In this document: piece by piece, positions 10,401 to 17,524 of the stretch
Layout of the letters: each line of letters starts with the position of its first letter
How positions within the stretch are numbered: position 1 is the first letter of the stretch
Source: a virus
Virus record (IMG/VR): IMGVR_UViG_3300033990_000324
Length of the DNA stretch: 29,274 bases
Strand: one strand, 5' to 3'
Notes under the pieces: model-generated
What the model was told of the DNA's origin: nothing
The model's input: the letters and a program-made list of their open reading frames with translations, nothing else
Database searches by the model: none
Made by a program: the position numbers and the translations under genes

Positions 10401-10604
10401 TGCGAGCGCGTTGAACGGTATCATCACCTGCAGGTAGTTGCCAGTCGCGGTCGTCTGCGTGTTCTGCAGCGAGACGTTGACGTAATAGAGGGTGTTGGCC
10501 GGCAAGGAGAACGCCCCAGCTACGTGCATGAGCATGGCTGCAGCGACGGCGAAAAACAGCAAATATCGGCCTGATAGCCTACCCAAACGAGACATTTTAC
10601 CCAT
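7419..10604 (-). CDS. Large adhesin/terminal fibre, SSV VP4-like architecture, DUF2341-like N-terminal domain
   Basis: Start moved to ATG 10604; class I signal peptide; YYVNVSLQNTQTTAT..SNLQNIEFSY..TWLEG..IIYWVKL..YDNGANVF pattern recalled from DUF2341-like archaeal surface proteins; about 28 N-x-S/T sequons by manual count; three C-terminal TM helices. Confidence 0.75.
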   Translation of the reverse strand: MGKMSRLGRLSGRYLLFFAVAAAMLMHVAGAFSLPANTLYYVNVSLQNTQTTATGNYLQVMIPFNALAYTSYEASNLQNIEFSYSNNGTVADTWLEGNALNETKAASLSSSANIIYWVKLNPSIAASSTAADVLTIDFMSTGTDLFNGKTVGVAPQLYCSSGCPQTSYAQYDNGANVFPAYQDFAGTLAANTLPTGWTNLSCSAPVFQVDNGLSIEPPGSCRSSYYYSAYGEAPNAIIETLASSQNFTKGLVGGLATSGILDHITGWGFGSGMFSLNSSNNIANDTVSAPTSSFTVYGVYLFPNSVAAGAFYPCGNSGGCTAANVGKLVDYLHGNSSTVPNALTFGWEENAGAAPIDIYWFRSRTAPPDNVMPTVTFGALTTAGLVLSVSPSPVNYGDTATFTATALSTDSLTMYVNGVEVASGTGSVKYSESDYGIGTYNITVKDTTAATSATKYLDVVAAIVVSVPQIPATAYETTTQKIDYELNVSPDATKVTLDANNAAYNAIAATPNVAAWYNYTYPVPLQQNNDTAYTFNATVDIPTIPGNFVANTLVQSELWNFIPSVSASAANIIEGSNETIYLNVSNLKSLDTATANSADVGVGNQTVSFYVASTFHYYAKLYSFINSNYALSMPTVGSPVTVSYKVPLSLAYNGVTVWRNSTGTFGTYLPSVVNCNVAGSANAISWTFWNATSPTTAWPSNVLFTGSFTVKNQLYSSNTIVGTDAGLSSTATANNYMTCLYPSWAQFRTGGSFQYSAVTAPTKANYYLQNLLTSSTVTDLKLYIYNMTDPILYEVAVENVSSAQYMGALVQELLFDANTNSTLLVDEFHTQPGSGTYTYLQNQATYKWGAYNTTTGALLALTNYMVAAPCSSTACPFVIPVGNFSVNLIQSVLKNFQYSCSTSAAPSNSMTVSCSFLSLNGTQYNTSLSVENNTYNATTNLVCQKYLMTASGSSTCTAKDVNVTYYTYQFKAFVRNGWYTLVQGSFGSRPTAFGADGVFLALLAILMLFFMFVTRNPTVSIALVAAGMTAMNFIGALTLGAAGIGFMWISAGVLIFVLNRR

Positions 10605-10605
10605 T

Positions 10606-10842
10606 TCATTCGATGCTTCCGCGACGCCTCTTATACGGATGCCCGTGCTGCTCCCTATATACCTTGCCGACCACTGCGCCATACACGTAGTCGCCCCTGC
10701 TCTTGCCGTAGCGGTGCTCGAATTCCCTGCGCTCCCTGTCCTTCGCGCCGTGCTTGTACAGGTGCGCACCGCCGCTGCTCGACCTATGCCGCCATTCTGC
10801 GTAGCTTTCCGCGCGCGTATGCGGCATCTTCCTGTGTCCCAT
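10606..10842 (-). CDS. Small basic His/Arg-rich protein, candidate virion DNA-binding protein (VP2-like role)
   Basis: 78 aa rich in R, H and K, fitting tightly between two structural genes; function inferred from charge and position. Confidence 0.55.
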   Translation of the reverse strand: MGHRKMPHTRAESYAEWRHRSSSGGAHLYKHGAKDRERREFEHRYGKSRGDYVYGAVVGKVYREQHGHPYKRRRGSIE

Positions 10843-10850
10843 TGTCTCAC

Positions 10851-11318
10851 CTATTTTATGAACGTGACGGCTATTATTATGACCGACAGCACGAGCGTAG
10901 CTGCGGGCAGGTACTGGAACAGCTGCATTATGACCGGATACTGCGCAGCCACGGTGCCGAACGACGACGCGCCGATTATGCTATAGAACGCGTCATGCAG
11001 TATGAACGAGAAGAACACTTCTATGGGCAGTATCACGAGCGCTGGGACTATGAACACCGGACTGCTGTCAGCGAACGCCGCAGCCACTGCTGACGCGACT
11101 GCTCCGATCAGGAACAGTATCACCACCGCGTTGTTCAATATGCTTATCGACGTGCCTGCGTTCTTGTACGCGAGTTGGCCCTGCGGCGTGGCGTTGAACA
11201 GCTGACGTGACGTGGGGTTGCTGCCGAACGCCGTCCAGATGCTGTCCACTGCGAACAGCGCCACTATGACGATGAACAGCATGGCGAGGAGGAATATGAT
11301 GTCGACCTGCCCCTTCAT
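10851..11318 (-). CDS. Pilin-like hydrophobic virion protein with class III signal peptide (MKG/Q)
   Basis: MKGQVDIIFLLAMLFIVIVALFAV fits the archaeal [KR]G/Q prepilin motif; three further hydrophobic helices; sequon NAT. Confidence 0.65.
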   Translation of the reverse strand: MKGQVDIIFLLAMLFIVIVALFAVDSIWTAFGSNPTSRQLFNATPQGQLAYKNAGTSISILNNAVVILFLIGAVASAVAAAFADSSPVFIVPALVILPIEVFFSFILHDAFYSIIGASSFGTVAAQYPVIMQLFQYLPAATLVLSVIIIAVTFIK

Positions 11319-14300
11319 CTCCTCCGCCTCTTCGTTATCGGCCTGCTCAGCCCTATCTGCGTCCGCGTCCCCGATATGCCCAGCATCGCATGCGTCAGGT
11401 CGGGTATGTAGCCGAAGTGCGGGCGATGGTGCACCGCTGCCTTGTGCTGCTGCTGCGCCGGCTTCTTCTTGCCGCCGGGAGCTATCACCGAGTAGTCCAC
11501 GGACGGCACAGCGGGCGGGAACGGGAATATGGCCGGCGGCGGGGGCGCTGGCACGGTCTGCTGCTTTTGGTTCTGTGGCGATGTCGTCTTCTGGGTCGTG
11601 GTGGTCTTCTGCGTCGTGTTGTTGGTCGGCGTGGTCAGCGGCGTCGCTATCGGTATATCGATGTTTATGTATCGCGGCACGGCGCGCTGAGTGGTGGGTG
11701 TCTTGTTGGTCGTCCTGAATCCGCCGCCGGTGAATACGCCGACGTCTACCAGCCCGGGCACAAGCCTGTTGGTCGCGTTGTTCTTCGTAGTCGTATCGAA
11801 TATGCCGACGGTCGTCGTTCCGGTACCTGTGTTAGTGCGGTCTATCGTCCTGCTTATCACGGCGCCGCTCTGGTACCTGTTTATGCCCGCGAGCAATGGG
11901 TCTATGCCCTGCAGCGTGAACGACGACACTGTCTGCGGCGCGAACAATGCCACTGGGATTGTCGGGTTCGCCTCGACGCTCAGCGTGGTCGGCAGCGAAG
12001 GGACTATCTTCGCAGTAGCCATTGCCGTCGATGTCTTCGTCTCTGTCACCTGCGACTCTGCACCAGTTGATAAAACTGGTTCTGGCGATGCCGAACCTGT
12101 CGTTGTAGCCGTCGTGGTTGGCTCCATGTTGGACCATGGACTGTATTGCTTCGGAGGTTTCGGTGCGGGCGGAGTCGGTTCCTCTTCGGGACCGGTTCCC
12201 AAGTCCACGCCGATTTTCGTCGCTGCGGTATTGAGGTCCGCCACCTCGTAATATGTCGTCGGTATCGTGAACAAGCTGTATCGCACATCAAGCAGCTTGC
12301 CGTTGTTGTATCTCTCGGTTATCACGTTCTTGTATACGTCGCCGGAGTATTCCTTTCCTATACCAGCAGAATCTGGTTCTGTGACTGGATTGCCGTAAAA
12401 CGCCGTGTTCGACAGCGCGTCGACCAGCGAGGCGCCCCTTACGACGGGGTAGTTCGCGCCAGCGAAACCCGTACCAGCGTCTGTTTCGCGCGCGATGACC
12501 AGCGCCGAGTTGACAGGCAGCGTGCCGGTGTCTATGGTTACCGCCTTCGTATCTTCGCCGGTGAAGAAGCGCGTTATCGGATTGCGCTGCACTATCAGGT
12601 CTGTGCGGTATTCTGCAGTTCCCGCAGCAGTCTGCGTAATTCCTTCCTCCGCCGTCCCAGCCGGCACGGTGCCAGCGAACTCTATAGTCAAGCCCAATAT
12701 GCGCTTCACCGGTATGCCGTATACCGACCTGACGCCGTTCGGCACCGAGAGGTCTGCTGTAGCCTTGCCGACGAAGCCGATGTTGCTGCCCGCGCCCTCG
12801 TATTCGTAATAGAGGTTAGGGAGCAACCTGTCGGCGAGCGAGGCGGAACCTGACACACGCGCGGTTATCGTGCTGAGCACGCCGTAAGCCGCCCCTTCCT
12901 GGTCGACTGCTGGATTGAGCGAATAGCGTATCGTAGGACCGCTGAAATCGACCGCGTACTTGGGCGTGGCTACGAAATCCTGGGTTCCTGCAGCTACTGT
13001 GACGTATGTTCCCTGCTCGACGTTAGGTAACATCGCAAGCGCCTGCGTCGGCGTGCGCTGCGTTATGTACGCTATGTTCGATGTCTCACCGGTCGGCTCT
13101 GATTCGTACGCTATCGTCTGCGATGTGGGTTTGACCCTTATGTTCGACGCCTGCTCCGGCGTAGGTTCTCCTGCGACGACATCGAGGGCGAATGGGTACA
13201 GCGCCCCGACCGTGCCCTCGACGACTGCCTGTCCAGGCGACGCGCCGGTGGCCAGAGCGGAACCGCCCACCACGCCGAACGATAGCGCATACTTGACCGG
13301 AGAAGCCAGCACCTTTGCTGTGCCGCTCACCAATATCGACGGCGACTTGACTGCAGTTGACAGGGCGGCACCTGCCACGCCGAACTCGCCTGCGTATTCG
13401 GTGCCGAAGGTGAAGCCCTGCGCAAAAGAGCCAGCTTCACCATTTATAAAGCTCGAAAGCGTAAAGTTACTGGGATTCGATGTTGAGTTTGTTTGATTGG
13501 TTTGTAGTGCTGTCGACACTTGTGTTCTTTGGCTTCCTGTTTGTGTATTCGTTGCGCTGGTTCCCGTTAATTGAGTATACGCGGTCACAGCAGCCGACGT
13601 CAAACCATAGAACGCCCCTATCGACAGTCCAAATTTGGCTGTCTGCCCTGCTACGTAAGCTGCGGTCGCTCCTGCAGTAGACGTCGCTGTCAACGCCTTG
13701 GTAGCGATGCCGACCTCTCCGAGCAGGCCGCCTGATGCTGCACCTCCGACGGCGTATGATGTGACAGCCCCGAGCGACGGTGGCTTGCCCGTGGTCAGAT
13801 ACGTCGCCGTGGTGCCTGCTACTGTTGTTATGCCCGCATTTGTGAGCGCAGCGACAGGGAAGTAATATATGCCGGTGAGCGCACCTGCCTGCGTAGCTGC
13901 CGTGAACGCGCCCGACGCGCGCTGGATGGGCGACGACTGTGGCGAGTACAGGTATGCGCCCTGCGTACCCTCGTATATCACCGCGTTGAATAACAGGTTT
14001 GACCGTCCGCCGTAAGCCGTGTTGAACTCGTATTGCTGCACAGCAGCCTGCACCGGCACCTGCCACGGTTGCAGCATCTCAGTCACGCTGCTGGTGGAGT
14101 TCTGCGGTGTCAATCCCGATGCGGTCGCGTTGGGTATCACGTTGCCGTTCGCGTATGCAGTATACGACGTCTTTACGTTGAAGTTGTATGCGGACTGCGG
14201 TGTTGCGAACAGCGCGAACGGCCCGAGCGCATACGTGAGCGCAGCCGTCCCTATTGCCCGCGAGGTAGCAGCTGCACTGCCGCCGGTGACTGTCACGGTC

Positions 14301-16093
14301 GTGACAGGTGTGATGGTTATTGGATTGGTAGTCGTAGCAGACACGAACCGACCGGTAGATGTGCCTGAATAGTCCTGAAGCGCGAAGTACACCTCTCTCG
14401 CCACTTGGTTGGATGGCGGCTTGGATGCGCGTGCGGTGCCTGACGGGATTGCCACTGCCGCACCGCCCGACGCACCACCTGACGACGCGATGGACAGCAT
14501 CGACGACAAGGAGGACGACAACGATGGTGACGATGACGACGACGGCTGCTGCGTGTATGTGTATGAGTAGTTGATCGCACCTGTTGCGCTGTTGACTGTC
14601 TCCGTTATGGAGCCGCCTGCAGGGACGTTGGTGAACCCAAGCGACGCGAGGGTTGCCGACGACACGTCCGCTATTGTCTGCGTGTTGGGTCCCGACGCGA
14701 ACGCGAACGACGACGGAGTGTACTGCACTTTCGGCGACGCGGGGTTGCCGACAAGGGATAGCTGGCCGGATGATACGACCGAGCCGCTGGACGTGGATGC
14801 AGCGGGGTTGACTATCGAGTATGTGGGCTGGCCGCTGCTGCTGAACGTAGTCACGAGCTTGGCTGCAGTAGTCACGCCCGTAAGGGACAGCGGCGACACC
14901 TGCCCTGTCTCGACGATGTTGCCGTTCTGTATCGCGTATGTCGTCGTAGTCCCGTTGGCCGCCTTTATCGTCGTCGTCTGCGCGTTGCCCGCGCCGAAGC
15001 CGGTATAATAGGTGACTTGTCCAAGCGGCGACACCGACACGTTCTGCCCCACCGTGCCGACGCCGGCCACCGATGCCTGCACAGGCTTGAGGAACAGGTT
15101 TGACGACTGGTTGAACACCTGTCCGAGCGAGGGGAACACCACCGACACGTTGCCGTTCGAGGGGTTGTACGTGGTCGGCTTGCTGGGATACGTGTAGCCG
15201 ACCTTATAAGCGTAGTCGCCGTAGTAATATGTTATCGGGACTGTCTTGTATATGGTCGTGCCGCTGAACTTCACGAAGTCGAAGCCCACCGTATTGTTGC
15301 CCGCGTCGTATGCAGTCGATTCAGTCAATGTGCCGAGGTACACCGGATGGCCGATGCCTGCGACGGAGCCGGTGAGCTTCTGGGTTATAGTCGTGCCTTT
15401 GAACGAGTTGTAAGCGAACGTTATCGCGTTGGTCGAGGGGTTGTATGTGGTCGATTCCGTCAGCGAACCGAGATATGTCGACTGGCCGATGCCGGACACA
15501 TTACCGGTAACTTTCTGCGTTATCGTCGTGCCGCTGAATGAATTGTAAGCGAACGTTATCGTGCCGTTCTGCCCGAGCGTGGATACGTCGGTGAGCGTGC
15601 CGAGGTATTGCCCGTTCTCTGTTATCGGCTCGATTATCTTCGCGCCAGTAGCTGTGACCGTGCCGTTTTTTATGGTCGCTATCTCTACGTTCTGGTTCGG
15701 GCCAGAGTTGTAGTACACGCCGAGATTCTCTGCTATCTGTTTTGCGGTGAGCGTGCCGCCGGTGAGCGCGTACGTGAACGACTGCGTGCCCTTCTCCGTG
15801 GTCGTGCCCTGCGTCTGGTTGACCGGCAGCGTGAACGTGCGGTTGCTGACTATCGACGATGGGTAGTACTTGCCGAAGCGGTTGACGTATAGGACGGTTA
15901 TCGGGCCCGTGGGCGTGGATACCTGTCTCGTCAGCGTGGCTGGGGGCGGTCCCTGCGAGGTCTGCGGCTGTATCGGCGACAGCGCGGCTGCGGCGGGCCC
16001 TGCCGGCGCAGGTATGAACGTGTCGCTGCTTATGGTGTTCGGATTGCTCGTGAACCTCGAAGGTATCCCTGCGCGCGTCACCGGTCGTGCCAT
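11315..16093 (-). CDS. Giant Thr/Ser/Gly-rich virion protein, 1592 aa (fibre or pilot/ejection-like)
   Basis: Uninterrupted ORF with N-terminal beta repeats, a poly-Ser linker, a central Ala/Gly hydrophobic region, a Pro/Thr-rich tail and a basic end PITKRRRR. Confidence 0.8.
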   Translation of the reverse strand: MARPVTRAGIPSRFTSNPNTISSDTFIPAPAGPAAAALSPIQPQTSQGPPPATLTRQVSTPTGPITVLYVNRFGKYYPSSIVSNRTFTLPVNQTQGTTTEKGTQSFTYALTGGTLTAKQIAENLGVYYNSGPNQNVEIATIKNGTVTATGAKIIEPITENGQYLGTLTDVSTLGQNGTITFAYNSFSGTTITQKVTGNVSGIGQSTYLGSLTESTTYNPSTNAITFAYNSFKGTTITQKLTGSVAGIGHPVYLGTLTESTAYDAGNNTVGFDFVKFSGTTIYKTVPITYYYGDYAYKVGYTYPSKPTTYNPSNGNVSVVFPSLGQVFNQSSNLFLKPVQASVAGVGTVGQNVSVSPLGQVTYYTGFGAGNAQTTTIKAANGTTTTYAIQNGNIVETGQVSPLSLTGVTTAAKLVTTFSSSGQPTYSIVNPAASTSSGSVVSSGQLSLVGNPASPKVQYTPSSFAFASGPNTQTIADVSSATLASLGFTNVPAGGSITETVNSATGAINYSYTYTQQPSSSSSPSLSSSLSSMLSIASSGGASGGAAVAIPSGTARASKPPSNQVAREVYFALQDYSGTSTGRFVSATTTNPITITPVTTVTVTGGSAAATSRAIGTAALTYALGPFALFATPQSAYNFNVKTSYTAYANGNVIPNATASGLTPQNSTSSVTEMLQPWQVPVQAAVQQYEFNTAYGGRSNLLFNAVIYEGTQGAYLYSPQSSPIQRASGAFTAATQAGALTGIYYFPVAALTNAGITTVAGTTATYLTTGKPPSLGAVTSYAVGGAASGGLLGEVGIATKALTATSTAGATAAYVAGQTAKFGLSIGAFYGLTSAAVTAYTQLTGTSATNTQTGSQRTQVSTALQTNQTNSTSNPSNFTLSSFINGEAGSFAQGFTFGTEYAGEFGVAGAALSTAVKSPSILVSGTAKVLASPVKYALSFGVVGGSALATGASPGQAVVEGTVGALYPFALDVVAGEPTPEQASNIRVKPTSQTIAYESEPTGETSNIAYITQRTPTQALAMLPNVEQGTYVTVAAGTQDFVATPKYAVDFSGPTIRYSLNPAVDQEGAAYGVLSTITARVSGSASLADRLLPNLYYEYEGAGSNIGFVGKATADLSVPNGVRSVYGIPVKRILGLTIEFAGTVPAGTAEEGITQTAAGTAEYRTDLIVQRNPITRFFTGEDTKAVTIDTGTLPVNSALVIARETDAGTGFAGANYPVVRGASLVDALSNTAFYGNPVTEPDSAGIGKEYSGDVYKNVITERYNNGKLLDVRYSLFTIPTTYYEVADLNTAATKIGVDLGTGPEEEPTPPAPKPPKQYSPWSNMEPTTTATTTGSASPEPVLSTGAESQVTETKTSTAMATAKIVPSLPTTLSVEANPTIPVALFAPQTVSSFTLQGIDPLLAGINRYQSGAVISRTIDRTNTGTGTTTVGIFDTTTKNNATNRLVPGLVDVGVFTGGGFRTTNKTPTTQRAVPRYINIDIPIATPLTTPTNNTTQKTTTTQKTTSPQNQKQQTVPAPPPPAIFPFPPAVPSVDYSVIAPGGKKKPAQQQHKAAVHHRPHFGYIPDLTHAMLGISGTRTQIGLSRPITKRRRR
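15237..15610 (-). repeat. Three in-frame repeats of about 44-45 aa in the giant protein
   Basis: YLG[TS]LT[DE]..T[IV].F.[YF].[SK]F.GTTI recurs at about 132-135 nt spacing. Confidence 0.85.
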
Positions 16094-16094
16094 G

Positions 16095-16322
16095 TCACCG
16101 CCTCTTCTTTATCGTTGCGCCCATGAAGAGCGGCAGCCCCTCGCCGATGGTCTGCGCGCGTGGCAGGTCGCTCACCCTGATTATCGGGGTGACCTGCGCT
16201 ATCTCGTGAGTGTTGCACAGCGAGGAGCGCAGCCTGTGGGCCTCGTGGTTCGACGCGGCTACATGGGTGTCCTTGATTATGCCTGCGGGAGTGCGCCTGA
16301 ATACGGAGAACGCGTAACGCAT
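16095..16322 (-). CDS. Small basic hypothetical protein
   Basis: 75 aa; the stop is immediately followed by the giant-protein ATG. Confidence 0.6.
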   Translation of the reverse strand: MRYAFSVFRRTPAGIIKDTHVAASNHEAHRLRSSLCNTHEIAQVTPIIRVSDLPRAQTIGEGLPLFMGATIKKRR

Positions 16323-16383
16323 GGTACCGCCTGCAGCGGATTGGTGCCGTGCGCCTGCTGCGCATCAGCCTGGCCTGGTGCCG

Positions 16384-16707
16384 TCAGAACCTCTCTCCTT
16401 CGCCCCTACCCCTGAATGCGAAGGCCAACAGCACTATCCCGATTAGTATCGCTGCAACGATGACGAGGGCTATGAGCGGCAGGTATGACATTATGGTGTT
16501 CACACCCCTGAGGCCGTAGCCCGTCGCGTTGTACGCGATGCTGTTCGGTGTTATGCTGCTGCTGCTCTGGAAGTTCTGCAGTATCAGTGCGCCGACCGCA
16601 CCGACTATGGCGATCAGGACGAACGCCACGACCGCTGGCAGCAGGTCTTCCAACCCTGCGGCGACCCTTCTCTTCTGCAGCTGCTTCTGCAGCTGTATCT
16701 GCTTCAT
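16384..16707 (-). CDS. Major capsid protein, spindle-shaped virus type (two hydrophobic helices, basic propeptide)
   Basis: Start moved to ATG 16707 (AGTGATAGG upstream, own TATA box); MKQIQLQKQLQKRRVAAG-LEDLLPAVVAFVLIAIVGAVGALIL-loop with NAT-IMSYLPLIALVIVAAILIGIVLLAF; same architecture as SSV1 VP1 and the His1 MCP. Confidence 0.8.
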   Translation of the reverse strand: MKQIQLQKQLQKRRVAAGLEDLLPAVVAFVLIAIVGAVGALILQNFQSSSSITPNSIAYNATGYGLRGVNTIMSYLPLIALVIVAAILIGIVLLAFAFRGRGEGERF

Positions 16708-16738
16708 CCTATCACTGCATAGGTCGTAGTCCGCAGCC

Positions 16739-16744
16739 TTTAAA
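16739..16744 (-). promoter_or_regulatory. TATA box of the capsid operon
   Basis: TTTAAA preceded by A-rich GAAAAAATCGCAAAGC on the - strand, about 32 nt upstream of the MCP ATG. Confidence 0.6.
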
Positions 16745-16792
16745 TGCTTTGCGATTTTTTCGATTGTCGTGCCGATTACGCAAAAACACTGG

Positions 16793-17245
16793 TCATGCCA
16801 GCGCGAGCAGCAACAACGACGACAGCAGCAACGATGCAGCGTAATACGCGAGGGCTGGGAACTTCGACGGATAATCCCTTTGCCGGTGCAGGGCATGCGC
16901 ATCCACTGCAGCAGCTACCGACACCACGAACTGCATCAGCACCAGCCCCACTATCCCGGGTATCGGCGCGGTCAGCAGCACCAGCAATATCGCCGCGCGG
17001 TCGGCAGGCGCGTACAGCTTGCGCAGCACCGGCAGCGCGACGGCGAACACCGCGCCGCCCACCACGACGGACAGCAGCGTGATTGCGGGAGACAGCACCA
17101 GCAGCGCCACGAGGACGGCAGACATGATGGACAGGGACAGCAGCAGGATTGAGGTCGAGACCGACAGGTGCTTCCAGTCGTCGACCGCGCACGGCAGCAG
17201 CGCGGCGACGTCGAGCAGCGATACGATTATGTATGTCGTTACCAT
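16793..17245 (-). CDS. Putative prepilin/class III signal peptidase (A24, FlaK/PibD-like GxGD aspartic protease)
   Basis: Multi-TM; Asp23 at the end of TM1 in AVDDWKHLSV (cf. xxxDLKxRxV); Asp82 in YAPADRAAILL (cf. GGAD/GGGD); spacing 59 aa versus FlaK D18-D79; C-terminal FPALAYYAASLLL resembles the PFxPxxxxG tail. Confidence 0.65.
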   Translation of the reverse strand: MVTTYIIVSLLDVAALLPCAVDDWKHLSVSTSILLLSLSIMSAVLVALLVLSPAITLLSVVVGGAVFAVALPVLRKLYAPADRAAILLVLLTAPIPGIVGLVLMQFVVSVAAAVDAHALHRQRDYPSKFPALAYYAASLLLSSLLLLALA

Positions 17246-17246
17246 C

Positions 17247-17384
17247 TCAACGCCTGCGTGCCGCGCGGCGCTGCATGCGTTCGCGCACAGTACCCCGATA
17301 ATGCGCGTGGCACGACGTACACAGACCTACAGTACCGTCGGTGTAGACCGCACACTTGCCGCAGATGCAGCAGCGCGTCACCAT
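17247..17384 (-). CDS. Small zinc-finger protein, 45 aa (not in the ORF track)
   Basis: MVTRCCICGKCAVYTDGTVGLCTSCHAHYRGTVRERMQRRAARRR with a CxxC..CxxC pattern. Confidence 0.6.
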   Translation of the reverse strand: MVTRCCICGKCAVYTDGTVGLCTSCHAHYRGTVRERMQRRAARRR

Positions 17385-17524
17385 AGGACACCACCGCCCA
17401 ATCCCAGTATCACAAGGAATACCACCGCATCGGCGACCAGTATCAATGCGGTCAGCTCCATCGCGGTCGGCGCCGGCTTCGTTTCTGCGAACGGTTCGTA
17501 TATCTCTTTTGTTTCGTCGGTCAT
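17378..17524 (-). CDS. Small C-terminally anchored membrane protein, 48 aa
   Basis: MTDETKEIYEPFAETKPAPTAMELTALILVADAVVFLVILGLGGGVLW; ATGA overlap with the upstream gene. Confidence 0.6.
   Translation of the reverse strand: MTDETKEIYEPFAETKPAPTAMELTALILVADAVVFLVILGLGGGVLW

Noticed and set aside
10605-10850. N-terminal 82-aa extension of the adhesin given in the ORF track
   Set aside because: It overlaps the 78-aa basic ORF; the signal peptide begins at ATG 10604.
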